Shown piece by piece: positions 38,370-50,611 of a stretch of 64,000 nucleotides of DNA. Every line of letters starts with the position of its first letter. Position 1 is the stretch's first letter. Location: contig ML978123.1 in the NCBI GenBank assembly GCA_010015805.1, forward strand, positions 1,550,001 to 1,614,000, read 5' to 3'. A program made the translations under genes and the position numbers. Below the pieces are notes generated by a model, which saw only the letters and a program-made list of their open reading frames with translations, was not told where the DNA came from and did no database searches. Source of the DNA: Rhizodiscina lignyota. Its lineage: Eukaryota.

Positions 38370-39788
38370 TCAAATCATATCGTCGCACAAATGCCCTTCG
38401 TGATAAAGTGTCTGAAGCACCTCAAGAGGAACCTGTTGGAGCGACGCCGTGAGAATCAGCCGTGACCACGTAGGGAAGTGAGCCGGAGGGAAAACATTGT
38501 CTACACTTTGCGCGTAGTAAAAGAATTTCCTGAGTCTACGGTACTCGCGGCGCACATGGCGCCCAACTCTTTGTTCCCACTTGCATATCTCTTCATTATT
38601 CCGACACTTGTGTGAGGCATCCCAAGCCTTGCGGCACGAGCGAGAAATCTTGTCCTGGGTGTAGGCTAGCAACTTTCGGGTCCTCGGGGATGCGATGGCG
38701 TAGTGTGAGACCAAGTCGCGCGAGACTAAAAACTCCAATTGGGTAAAGGAGCATAGTGGCTGTTCGACATAGACTTCAAGCAACCCGTCAGTCCGCCGGG
38801 GATATGCGTTCTCTGGCGCCACTCTAGCCGGAGGACGAGTGGCTAGAGCAATTGATGTCGGGGCAGTTGGAGTAGCCTGTCGAGAAGGAGATGGCGCGGC
38901 CGCGAGTGCAGCCCCAGGAGAGAATAGCAGACGGTAAACAGTGGGAACTGGAGAGGTCGGTCGGCCAAGAAGAGCGAAGAAGTGAAGAGGAGGGAGAGGA
39001 GGGAGATCAGGGCAAGGGATCCTAGTTTGCTGAAGATTTCGGTAATGGTTGCCTCCCCTTCGAATAAAATGCTCAAATGGGAGTACACACTTCTGTGGTA
39101 TCTGAATGTGCTGATCCTCCTCCACGTCCATGATGAAGTGGGTCAGGAAGTTGTAGAGCTCGGTCACGTCTTGTCCGATATAGAAATCCCTTAAGCTGAG
39201 AGGGAATGACGTTGCTTTAGATTTCTTGACTGCGTGAGCCCAAACCAGGATTTCCGAGGCACGATTCAGCAGGATTTGGTGCCGAAATACTGCCCAGGTC
39301 GGCCACTTAGCGTATTCTCGCGGTACATGGCGGGCAGCTCGCTCAAGTGCCTTGACAGTCTCAAGGGGCGTCATGATTCCAGGAGGCAGATTGTCTGTAT
39401 CGAACGGGTAGCGAATGCTTTTCGCACGGCGGTCAACGTCTAACAGATGCAGCTTGTCTTCGGTGAAGATCGCCCTTCGGCACACCGGGCACGTCACATC
39501 ACTCCTCATCTTGACCAGCATCCTGGCAAGGCATTCTCGGTGGTAGAAGTGACCACAAGGTATCTGCTTGACCATATCATTCTCCTCATACGGCTCAAGG
39601 CAGATCCCGCAAACATTGCCTTCCCACTTCTCAAGAGGGAGAACGGAGGAGAAACGCCCCAAAACTTTGGTGGGAAATTGTGCGATCTCTTGTGTTAGTG
39701 CGGGCCGATTTCTAAGTCCACGATGGAGTTGGGATGTGGCAGTAGCGGCATCGGTAGATATCGTGGCTCGTGTTGCCGTTTTAGGCAT
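38370..39788 (-). CDS. RING-H2 finger protein with unknown C-terminal region; intronless
   Basis: CGICLEPY..KQIPCGHFYHRECL..TCPVCR (C3H2C3) in a 472-aa ORF. Confidence 0.82.
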   Translation of the reverse strand: MPKTATRATISTDAATATSQLHRGLRNRPALTQEIAQFPTKVLGRFSSVLPLEKWEGNVCGICLEPYEENDMVKQIPCGHFYHRECLARMLVKMRSDVTCPVCRRAIFTEDKLHLLDVDRRAKSIRYPFDTDNLPPGIMTPLETVKALERAARHVPREYAKWPTWAVFRHQILLNRASEILVWAHAVKKSKATSFPLSLRDFYIGQDVTELYNFLTHFIMDVEEDQHIQIPQKCVLPFEHFIRRGGNHYRNLQQTRIPCPDLPPLPPLHFFALLGRPTSPVPTVYRLLFSPGAALAAAPSPSRQATPTAPTSIALATRPPARVAPENAYPRRTDGLLEVYVEQPLCSFTQLEFLVSRDLVSHYAIASPRTRKLLAYTQDKISRSCRKAWDASHKCRNNEEICKWEQRVGRHVRREYRRLRKFFYYAQSVDNVFPPAHFPTWSRLILTASLQQVPLEVLQTLYHEGHLCDDMI

Positions 39789-40819
39789 CGTGACAGTAGA
39801 GGCGGCCGTAGAACTTAAGAGGTGGGCGAAAGTCCAGAGCCTACGTTAATAAAAGAAGAAGAGAGCCTTTTAACACTAGAATTTTAGTACATTTCTCAAG
39901 TGTAGGTGGTGTTTGTGTTACTTTGGTGAGCCTCGACACACGACATGAGATTTTGCTGGAAACAATGGAATTGTGGGTAGAAAGAAAGAGCAGCAGAAAT
40001 GAATGTGTGAGGTGACCAAGAAATCAAACAACACTACCCTGTAGATCACAGTATAACGACAATATTCGCTAGGAGAGGCCCCCAAAGAGAGGTAGTGGTG
40101 ATGAATGTATATTGCAACACTTTCCGCGCGTCCGGTGCGATGCATCTAAGCGCCGCAACCACTCTGACATGGCATAAAGCTTCTGCTATTCGTAGACGTA
40201 TGACAGTTGCTCCCCGCTATAATCTACAACCCAAACGCGGCATTGATCTCAGTCGAAATATCATCGCATGTTCGAAGCCTGGGGTGGATCTCGGTGCTCG
40301 GCGCGTGGTAGGGAATAATTGGGCTACCTCTGTCATATCAATGGAATTGTATTCGCCATCAGCGTCGTGCAGACATTGAGTGAAACCCCTTCTGAGGTGA
40401 GCGCGCTCGATGATATCGCCATCGCAACGTTACCTATAACACACTTAGCAGATCTGAAGCAGGGTACAACTAATACGAAATAGGCTTAGGTATGGGTTTT
40501 GTGATAACTTGTGTTTTAGATTGGCTCTTTCTCTTACGAACAAGGGTGGTGAAATGGGTGAATAAAGAATGCCATACCGCGAGCCGGCTTGGCACGACCG
40601 ACAATGAATGCGTGAGAACTTAAAATTCGATCAAAAGAAAGATCCCGTAGACACTGCATCATTGGATATCATCTATTCAAGGGCTTTGGAATCGATCTAA
40701 AACGTGTAAAGAGGAAAGGAAGACCATCTACCCATCTGTATCGCAACGCCGTTGATCGTAGACGTACAAACTAAAGTCTGCGCTCTAGTGATACGTGTAC
40801 AAGCTAGTACAATTATCAT

Positions 40820-42629
40820 TTATGGTGTGCAGCGGCCCATGTACCTGGGGTACAAGCAGCAGTCTCTCACGGTATGCTGCTTGCAAAGCCAAGCAAGGAA
40901 ACGCTCAAGACCCAGGCCATAACCGCCGTGAGGAGATGAACCGTACCTAAGCAAACATTAGCGTATGAACATCCAGGTCATCGCTACTCCATCAGAGAGT
41001 AGGCGAAGGGTGCTGAGAGACTTACTTCCTCTGATCGGTGTACCAGTAATAAGGCTCCGGGTCAATGCCTTCCCTCTCGTACGCTCCCATCAACTCGTCG
41101 TAATCATCCATTCTCATACTACCGCCCACAATTTCACCCACACCAGGCATCAACATGTCGACACTCTCAGTCACCCTCGTATCATTGGGGTCCTTCTGCA
41201 TGTAAAACGCTTTGATTTCGACAGGGAAATGGGTCAAGAAGATCGGCCTGTTGATGATATCCGTCATTCTCCTCTCCGCCGCCTCGGCAATGTCATCGCC
41301 GAACTTGTGCGGTTCGCCCTCTTCGTTAGGGATGTTGTGTTCCTTGAGCCACTCGATGGCATCGGAGTACTTCATGCGCTTGAAGGGCATCTCGGGCATC
41401 TGGAACTCCGGGTTCATCTCCTTGATGTACGCGGCAATCACAGGGTCGGACATGGTAATCTCAAGCACGCGGACCACTGTCCGCTCGATATGGTCAAGCA
41501 GGTTGTCGAAGGTAATATAGTCGAGTTCGGCCTCAATGTGCGTGTACTCGGAGAGATGGCGTCGCGTAAGAGATTTCTCGGCACGGAAAGACTTTTCGAT
41601 GCAGTAGACATCGCCCATCGAGGGGAGGCAAGTTTCCAGATAGAGTTGAGACGATTGGGTGAGGAAGGCTTCTTCACCATAGTAGTCGAATTTGAAGAGC
41701 GTAGCACCACCCTCCACTTGCGTCTGTACAAGGGCAGGAGGAGAGACTTTTCGCAGTCGGTGTTCTTTGTATGTCTGATGGAACGCAAACTCCACTGCGT
41801 CGCGAACGAACATGACGGCCGATACCTTCTCTCCACGCAGGGTAAGGTGGCGCAAATCCAGCAATGTCTGGACGTCTCCCTTAGCCTGCACCTTGTTCGT
41901 AATCGCATCCTCGCCTCCAGCTGCCTTGCCTTTCCTTGTAATTATGTAGTAGTCGGCATGCAGCTCTCTGTTATCTGGAGCGTGTGCACCAGCAGGAACC
42001 TCCCACATCTCGCCGAAAATCTCCATGGATGTTTCGCGTGTGAGCGTTAGTGCGTCGTAGGTCCTCGCCAGGTCACCAGTAAGCACGCACTGCAAGAAGC
42101 CATAACCGTCCCTCAATGTGATGAAGAGCACATCTTTTTGCTTCCGCTCCCTGTGAACTCTGCCATGCACTCTGACTCTTGTCCCCTTATCTCCACTGCC
42201 ATCGGCTTTGCGCAGCTTGACCTTGACTGGATCTTTCTCATCCAGCTTGATCTTCTCGGACATTGGCAGGCTCATGTCCTCCTCGATAGTGATCTTCTTT
42301 GCATCTTCAAGAACCTGTTGTCTCCTCTTCTCATCCTCCGCTTGTTGCGCCGCGAGCTCCTTCTCTCGAGCCTGCTTCTTTTTCTGCTGCTCGTAGAAGT
42401 TGGCAGCCTTTTTCAGCGCAGACTTCGCCGCGGGCTTCCATTCCAAGCGCACAGAATCATCTGAGCCTTCTGGAACCGCACCTGTCTTGGACTTGCGCAT
42501 GAGGTAGGATGCGACACCGGGGTGTTGGAGATAGGCGAATTGGAGGGACTTGTACGGTGCGGACTCTGTGCCTTGTGCGGTGGTCTCGTCAACGCCGACA
42601 TCCTCGTCGATGTAGATTGTGTCGGCCAT
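40820..42629 (-). CDS. DED81: Cytosolic asparaginyl-tRNA synthetase
   Basis: OB fold ([21 protein letters not shown]), motif 1 [16 protein letters not shown], motif 2 [16 protein letters not shown], motif 3 after the intron [26 protein letters not shown]. Confidence 0.97.
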
Positions 42630-43368
42630 GTTGAACAGCTTTGAGCGTTGAAGCAACCGGTTGTGAGCAATTGAAGAAGTTGGGAGCTGTGCGTGGAAAT
42701 TTAATGTAAGCTCACGCGAAGGTTGGTAGTAGGCAAGCAAAGCCGAATGACTCAAGTGGCAGGATGCGTTTCACAAGCCACACTTTTCGAAGCAGACGTG
42801 AAGCAGTAACACCAACTGCAAATATTCCGTGTTTAAGTTGAACGTTGAGCAGAATGCGACAGAGCAGCTTTTTGAATTGATGCTCAGCTCCATCCCCCAG
42901 GGTTGGATGACTCCACGACGGTACAGTCAAAGAGCCTCACGCCAGCCAACCAATCTGACAGGGCAGCTATATTTACAGCTCTTACTCAGATGTGCAGCTT
43001 CCAATGAAGTCATCTCATGCATACTACTTGAGAAATTGCTTGGTTCGATAATCAAAGTTCCATCTCTGTGATATCAAAATTTCGAAGAGCCGGCTAGATT
43101 TCGTATGCTGTGTGCGGAGGGGAGGTTCATCCCTACCAATTCCGTCATCTTGCATGCTTCAGTACCACGCGCCTGGCCTGGCTATCCGGCTTTGGCACGT
43201 CGCGACGTCTTTAAAATGGCTGACATCTCCAGTTACTTGCGTGCAGTGTTCGGCTGAGCCATTGACTATCCGATAGCAATTGGAGCATCCCCTTACGCCA
43301 GCACAACTCAACGTTATTTTTCACGATAGCCTCAGTCTCTCGTCCGTCATTGTCACCTACTCCTCGTA

Positions 43369-43629
43369 ATGTGCTTCTTCAAGACCGAACCTGCCTATCG
43401 CCATGAACGCACATGGAACGATCCTCCGCGGCATCGCAGCTACTATACAGGTCATCCAGGCATAGGAGATGCTCGAGTCGCGACCCTCCCAGCCGACAGC
43501 TTCCGCCGTTCGTCACGCGTCAGTCGCGAAATCATCCTACGAGATCCTTCACCGCGAGCGAGTCGAGAGGTAGTCCTGCGAGAACCACGTATGAGCAGAG
43601 AAGTTGCCACATATAGACGAGAGTATTAG
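43369..43629 (+). CDS. Small Arg-rich hypothetical protein (86 aa)
   Basis: ATG ORF after a pyrimidine-rich leader, with internal peptide repeats SREIILRDP / SREVVLREP / SREV. No family recognised. Confidence 0.5.
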   Translation: MCFFKTEPAYRHERTWNDPPRHRSYYTGHPGIGDARVATLPADSFRRSSRVSREIILRDPSPRASREVVLREPRMSREVATYRREY

Positions 43630-44194
43630 CGGCTCAACCAATTGAGAGCGACAGGTTATTCTGGCGGAGGGACTGGAGAATATCGCTTTAGAGGCTACCC
43701 ATGGGGATAGTAGGCCGTCACACTCACTCCTAGTAACGACTACTCTCCTTGTACCGATCAACAACATAGTACACGCAGACCATAAAGAGCTGGAGTGTTG
43801 GAATCATGGATGGTGCGTTCAGTCAAGAACTGCACGGCCGATGGAGAACTTGATGGAATGGTTGGGTGCGGATGGACGGGATCCCTCATATAAATCTCAT
43901 GATACTCGACTCTCTCACGCAGGTCTTGTATTCAAGAGCTATTCGGGTCTCCCGAAAGGAAGCTTTGCTATAACGTTGGATGAGTTACTGAGTGCATTTC
44001 AGCGGTCGGTTGATTCCTTGCTAGGTTTGTCAAATTTGCTTAGAGCAAAATGATGATTTATTTTCCGCGAAATTATTCGTTTCACGCGATGTCCCCCTTG
44101 CACATGATAATAAAGAAACAATTTTCCAGATGAGATTTTCCGTTTCATGCATGGCAGCAAGATTTGTCTAGCTGCTATTAGTCCTTCTTGCTTT

Positions 44195-44645
44195 GCGGGG
44201 TCAAATTTCACAGGGATGCTGGTCGTTCGATATAAAGTAAATCTCCTCCAATTTCTCTTATACTGTTCAATCAGCTATCACAGATCTGCATTATCACGAC
44301 CATGCATCCCGCATGGGCTAATTGTCGTACGGCGCAACACCTGTATTCCTGGATTCTTCCATCTCGGGTCGAACTACATGAAATGACCATCGTCAATCTC
44401 AGACTGGTTGTTGTCTTTAACGCCTGTACAGAGAGCGGTATCGGTCTACAGCAGAGTAGGAGCTTCCAGCCGAGGACAATTAACTAGGTCTCGCGTGTGA
44501 TTCTGCATTCGAGTGCTTAACCAAGCCATGGCCAACTCTCCAAGCAACCCAGTAATGGGTTTTAGCCGGAAGGCCAACTTGCATCACGGGGCAGCATTAA
44601 TTGACCTTCTCATCTACTGCGATAGCGCTTCCGGCCTTATAAATT
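44195..44645 (+). promoter_or_regulatory. Cellulase promoter with candidate XlnR/Xyr1 sites, CreA site and TATA box
   Basis: GGCTAA at 44316-44321, GGCTAAA on the minus strand at 44561-44567, SYGGRG (GCGGGG) at 44195-44200, TATAAA at about 44638. Short motifs; function inferred from context. Confidence 0.5.
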
Positions 44646-44777
44646 AATCTCTCGGGCAAGAAAAATTTCCATGCCAGAGTACAAAAGACGAGGCATTTGC
44701 CTCGAAAGTACTCATCATCAGTTTCTATTCCTTCTAATTACCAGTCTCTCTTTTTATTCGATCAATTATTTACCACT

Positions 44778-46447
44778 ATGTATCGAGCTGCTGCTCTACT
44801 TTCCCTTATTGTCGCTGCCTGGGCACAGCAGGTTGGGACCAACCAAGCCGAGACACATCCGCAGATGAGCTGGTCCTCCTGCTCCAGCAGCGGTTGTACG
44901 AGCGAGCAGGGCGAAGTTGTCATTGACGCAAACTGGCGATGGGTGCACACCATCGATGGCTCGACAAATTGCTATACAGGCAATGAGTGGGACACGTCCA
45001 TCTGCACGACCGACGCGGACTGCGCTACGGAGTGCGCTGTGGACGGGGCGGACTACTCCGGTACATATGGAATTACATCAAGCGGCGACGCCCTGACTCT
45101 TCAGTTTGTAACGGGCTCCAATATTGGTTCACGCACCTACATGATGGCGGACGACAGCACATACCAGATCTATAAGCTTTTGGGCAAGGAGTTCTCCTTC
45201 GATGTCGACCTGTCAAACGTCCCGTGTGGGCTCAATGCTGCACTATATTTCGTCTCCATGGACGACGACGGTGGCATGTCGAAGTACCCGAACAACAAGG
45301 CCGGTGCCAAATATGGTACGGGCTATTGTGATTCGCAATGCCCCCGTGACCTCAAATTTATCAATGGCCAGGTGCAAGCTCATAGCTCTCGGTCAATGAG
45401 AAGGCATGGCTAATGTGAAACATATAGGCGAACATCGAAGGTTGGCAGCCATCAGCCAATGACAAGAACTCGGGAATTGGCAATCACGGAAGCTGCTGCG
45501 CTGAGATGGATGTTTTTGAGTCCAATATGATCTCCGCCGCCGTCACGCCTCACCCATGCACCAACACCAGCCAGACGATGTGTGATGGTGACGACTGTGG
45601 TGGAACATACAGCTCCGACCGCTATGCTGGAGTTTGTGATGCAGATGGATGCGACTTCAACTCAGTAAGCATACATACACCCTCGGTTCTGGCCTCCATC
45701 AACCTCGTAAGAGCTGACAATTCCAATCAGTACCGCATGGGTAACCACTCCTTCTACGGACCAGGCATGACCGTCGACACCAAGTCCCCATTCACCGTCA
45801 CAACTCAGTTCGTCGCTGGAAGCGACGGCACCCTTAGGGAGATCAAGCGCTTCTACGTGCAGAACGGCAACGTGATCCCCAACTCCAACTCCGACATCTC
45901 CGGCGTCACGGGTAACAGCATCACCCCCGACTTCTGCGACGCTCAAAAGAAGGCTTTCGGTGACCCTACCTCTTTCCAAGACAAAGGTGGCTTCGCAAAG
46001 ATGAGCCAGGCTTTGGAAACAGGCATGGTACTGGTCATGTCCCTTTGGGACGATCATGCAGCCAACATGCTCTGGCTCGACTCGACTTATCCTACCAACG
46101 CGACTGCTGATACACCTGGTGCTGCACGCGGTACTTGTACCACCGACTCGGGCGCTCCAGCGGATGTGGAGAGCCAAGATCCCAACTCCAGCGTTGTGTA
46201 TTCCAACATTCGCTTCGGTGACATTGGCACCACCACAAATGCTACGCTCTCAAGTGGCAGTTCCAGCGGATCGTCAGGTGCATCTACCTCTGCAGCCAGC
46301 AGTGCTGCTCCAGCCTCTTCTGTCGCTCCAGCCTCCTCCGCTGCGCCTGCAGAGTCTTCCATGTCTGCTTCAAGCTCCGGTGCGTCGTCTGATGATGTAT
46401 CCGCTTCTAGTTCTTCTGCTTGCAAGAGGAAAGCCAAGAAGTTTTAA
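44778..46447 (+). CDS. cbh1: Secreted GH7 cellobiohydrolase I (Cel7A-like) with no CBM1; 3 exons
   Basis: Signal peptide then [38 protein letters not shown], catalytic [25 protein letters not shown]. Introns at about 45372-45427 and 45665-45730. Ser/Ala-rich tail. Confidence 0.95.
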
Positions 46448-48383
46448 GACATCCGAGGCTTGACGACCGTTGTACGTGTCGATCACACTCTTTTTGATCC
46501 ACAATGGACTTCCTTCCATGTATATAGCTTTCGAGACTGGCATTTTACTGTACATACTGAATTATCTCGATTCGCCCAATCGTGGGCCTCACTTTCTTAA
46601 CATAAGTGTCTCCAAACGGTTAGCCTGATTCTTCGATGAAACCCGTCCTGTTCCTCTTCAAATCTCCCCACGTCCTCTCCCCGTATCATTTCCTTTCTCC
46701 AGCCCACGTTAATTTATTGATGTATTTCCCTCGCAATGGACCGCCACATTTGGAGAACACTGTCGATTTCGGAGGCTATCGGTTTTGTTCTCATGCACGT
46801 ATTTCATTGTTTGTATTCAACAATATCCCAATCTTCTTTAAATGTCTCGAATTCGTACATTTTCCTTTGTCATCTGCGTTACAAACATGATTCGTCTCTT
46901 ACGATATACAACGTTACAGTCCAGTGAAATTTGCAATATACAGGACCTCGGTCGACATCCGTGGGCAGATGGCAAGCCCTAGCGAGAGCATTACACGACT
47001 TTCCGTCAGCAAGCACGCCCATATGAGGCCTAGAGCTTTAGGAGTGCCGTATCTGATCAGATGGGCCTGCTACGGTCTCCTCCGATTGGACGGCACCAGC
47101 CAACAACGGCTGCTACGAAGGAGCTGGTTTCCAGCGAGGGAACGGTCTACGGAGCGGCTCTATCACAGTTGGCCCCCGGCACTTCTAAGAGCTTCCCCGT
47201 ACCAGTGAGCTTGTATTGGAGATGGCCAAGGAGTAGCTTGCCTAGCCTGACTTAGAGGATTTGCTTCTCGTTGTCATAGAAGAGCGATGCCGTTGCCTGC
47301 CTCATCCGCTCACGAGAAACTAGGCCTTTCGTTTGAAGCGCCCAGGCCTTCCCTCCGTGGTATGTTCGAGGAACGGGATTGGATGTTCTTTGGAAGAGAA
47401 GAGTCTCTTGAGAAACAATAACGTTCGCCATTTCTAGAGGAGTATTTATAGTTAACTAACGGCTAGAGACAGACTTTAGGAGGTCTAGACCGTGCTTTCT
47501 TCAATGCATCGTTAATATACCTAGCATCCCGAGATAGAATGTCCTGCTTCATCAATGAATTGCGCGTCTCGTCTTTCGACAGCGATGTATCAGAGACGTG
47601 TTTCAAGCTGATATTAAGATCGGCAGACGTCAGACAGAGTGCTCGATGCCGGCGATTGAAGATTTGAGACGCTTCTAAGGTTAGGCTTGAAGATACCGGA
47701 CTGTATGCGCAATACATCGCCCTCTTGCCTTGAATCGCTGTTGGAATTCGGTATCTTGCTGGACTTCTTCCTAACTTTCAATGAAATGCTTAATAGATTG
47801 ATAGTCTCATGGAGTAGCTCGTGAAGGAAGCGCAATGAACAAATAGTCGGTCAGTCAAAGTCCCATATCACGCAAATTGGAATCACTTGAAAGCAGTGTC
47901 AAGGAGAAAAAAGCTTACAGTCTATGCACCTATTTCAACAAGCAAGGAAAGAACCAAGAAAAAAGGCTGGAAAGAAGTGGCAGAGGGGAAAAGCCAGGGT
48001 CGGCCGGGGAAAAAAAGGAAGTTAGTGGAGAGGGCATAGAGCAACAGGCTAAAAGAACGATGCAAACTTCAAATAAACCCCCGAAAGGTTGTTCGCAAAG
48101 AAAAAGGAAGAAGGTACAGTTACAAGACGTCGTCGTGAACCTTGCGCAAGCAACCAGATATGTGTCCCCCTTCCAATTTTTTTGGCCCACCCCTGCCCCC
48201 TGAAGAAGATTGACATTGCTCTATTTCCAGTCCCACGCTTCTTTTTCATCACCAGATGCCCTTCCCCTTGCCGCACCTCAGCATCGCTCACACCAGCCAC
48301 TCTATGCACTCCGCTACGATGGTATTACAAGATCCTCCCCGGGATTCGCACTTCTCCCTTCATAAGCTCCATGATTTGGTCGT

Positions 48384-49908
48384 TTAACCAGATCCACCCT
48401 TGAACTGCTTGCCGAACATGAGCAGCTGGGCTTGGTCGTAGATGGAGAGCACACCAGCACCAGCGACACCACGGAGAATGTTAGCGCCAGCACCCTTGAA
48501 GAGCGAGCGGACACCCTCAGCGGCGACGATTTGGCGGAAAGCATCGAGGGAAGACTTGTACTTGACGGCCTATAGAATTTATTAGTCGATGCCCCTAACC
48601 AAAGGTAAGAAGCAATTGATATACATACCTCACCAGACGTCATCATCATACGACGACGGACAGTGTCGAGCGGGTAGGAAGCGATACCAGCACCAGTGGT
48701 GACAGTCCAGCCGAGCAAGAAGGAGGCAAGGAAGTTACCCTCGAGAGCGCCGACCAGGACAACAGGCTTGATGGAGTCGTACATGCCGAAGTAGAGACCA
48801 CGGTAGACGATGATACCAGCGACTGAAGGACCGAAACCACGGTACAGACCAGCAACACCATCGGAAGCAAGAGTCTTCTTGTAGACATCGACGAGACCGT
48901 TGAACTGGCGCTCACCACCCTTCTTAGCGGACTTGGCATCGTTGGCGAGACGGGTACGGGCGTAGTCGAGGGAGTAGACGAAGAGCAGCGAGGTGGCACC
49001 AGCAGCCTGGGACAAAGTTAGTTGAAACATTCAATGGAGGGTCCAGAGTGTCACATACACCACCAGAGGCCAAGTTACCGGCCATCCACTTCCAGTATCC
49101 ATCACGCTCCTTCTTGAACGCGAACATGGACTTGTAGGTATCACGGAAGGCGAAGTTAAGCGCCTGGGTGGGGAAGTAACGGATGACGTTGGCGGTGTTA
49201 CCTCTCCACAAGGAGAGGGTACCCTCCTGGCCGATGGTACGGCTGAAGCAGTCGATGATACCGTTGTACTTACGGTCCAAACGACCAGCCTTGATCATCT
49301 CATCCTAAACAGCAGTGCCAAGACATTAGCGATCGGCTCCGAAACGCGCGTGCGACAAGCAAGAAGAGATGCGGAGAGCAATTGAGATAACTTACTTGGT
49401 TCTGGATGAGCAGCTTGACACGCTCGATGGGCGCGGCGGCGGTCTTCGAGATGGCAGCGGAAACACCACCCACTGTAGATAAGCTGTCAGCTTGAGCTCC
49501 ATCCAACGCAACCTCGGAGAAATGTCTCGAATGTGTAGCGCGAGGCTTGATGATGTTGATTGGCGTTGATTGAGGTGTGTAACGTACTCAAGAAGTCGAC
49601 CACGAAGCCCTGTCATGGAAAAGAGACCGTTAGCCGCTGCATCACGCAAAACCGATATCGCGGGAACTTTTCCCTCCACGTAAACACCGATGAGCGCAAC
49701 AGCTCACGCACGCCGCCGGGAGCTGCGAACAAAACCGACGCAGAGCATCGAGAGCATGCAGCGACTCGATTGCGCAGTGCAGCTCGACGACTTCGATGGC
49801 TGCCGGCGGGCGCGGATGGGTGGAAGGAGAAGGGGAATAGGGACAGATTCGACTTACGGGCATGCCCATGAAGGACTTCTCCGCCTGATTGACCTCGCCT
49901 TTTGCCAT
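48384..49908 (-). CDS. AAC: Mitochondrial ADP/ATP carrier; multi-exon with a 22-nt microexon (49609-49588)
   Basis: [47 protein letters not shown], signature RRRMMM, C-terminus [10 protein letters not shown]. Confidence 0.97.
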
Positions 49909-50611
49909 TGTGAAGGATGACAGTCGCCTGCTGGTAAGAGGAGAAGGAGGGACGAAGGATTGAGAGGAGAGTGGGAGTGATGTTTGGGTTGGAGTTGAAG
50001 CTTGAAGCGGAAGAAAAGTTCTTCTTGAAGGAAAGAGCTTTTCTTTTTGCCGCAGCCCGGCGCACGGGCCACGCGCTTTCGCCGGACAATCTCGGAGAAC
50101 GTGTGGCAGCGCACAGCAGCAACTCTGCTCCTGATCGTCCCAACCCTCCTGAATTTTCATTCTAGATGCTGTGCGCTCTCTGCGCCATTTCCCTCAGAGC
50201 GTGCAGGGCCATCACGCGCTCACCACCGGTGTGGAGAGGTGCAATAGCTTCATTGCAGCTGTCTCAGGGGTCGTGAATTTGCCGGAACAAAGGCGCTGCT
50301 AAGGCAACGCGGTGACGCTTCCGGTACCTTTGTACCGCTCCTCACGACCGATGGCCTTTGATAGGACTCTACACGCTTCACGTTGCCTGCTCTATGACTC
50401 AATTGAGGGTAGCCGCTTCGTTTCTCTGCAATTGGATATATCTCTTTGATGCCTCGTTGACTGCGAATTCGGCATCCTGCCCCGGCCAGCGGCACCGAAT
50501 CTAGGAGAGGCCGTCGAGAAGCAGCCTATCTAATATCTAACACTATCATACACGCTCGGAATATTCTGTCAAGTGAAGCAAGACAGCAATGACTTCAACC
50601 TCCTCGTGCCA

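Noticed and set aside
40965..42050. 361-aa antisense ORF over AsnRS, and similar shadow ORFs at 1950-2816, 8593-9390 and 30446-31243
   Set aside because: Expected by-product of biased codon usage on the coding strand; no recognisable motifs.
42630..42755. In-frame TTG-initiated N-terminal extension of AsnRS as a mitochondrial targeting isoform
   Set aside because: Only 42 open codons and not clearly presequence-like, and fungi normally have a separate mitochondrial AsnRS. It would need Ribo-seq support.
46420..46447. KxKxx ER-retrieval signal on the GH7
   Set aside because: Dilysine signals act on cytosolic tails of membrane proteins, and this protein has no transmembrane segment.
46960..47850. 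Possible decayed gene between cbh1 and AAC (short minus-strand ORFs, e.g. 47431-47252)
   Set aside because: No recognisable motif or consistent exon chain; it cannot be supported without a search.
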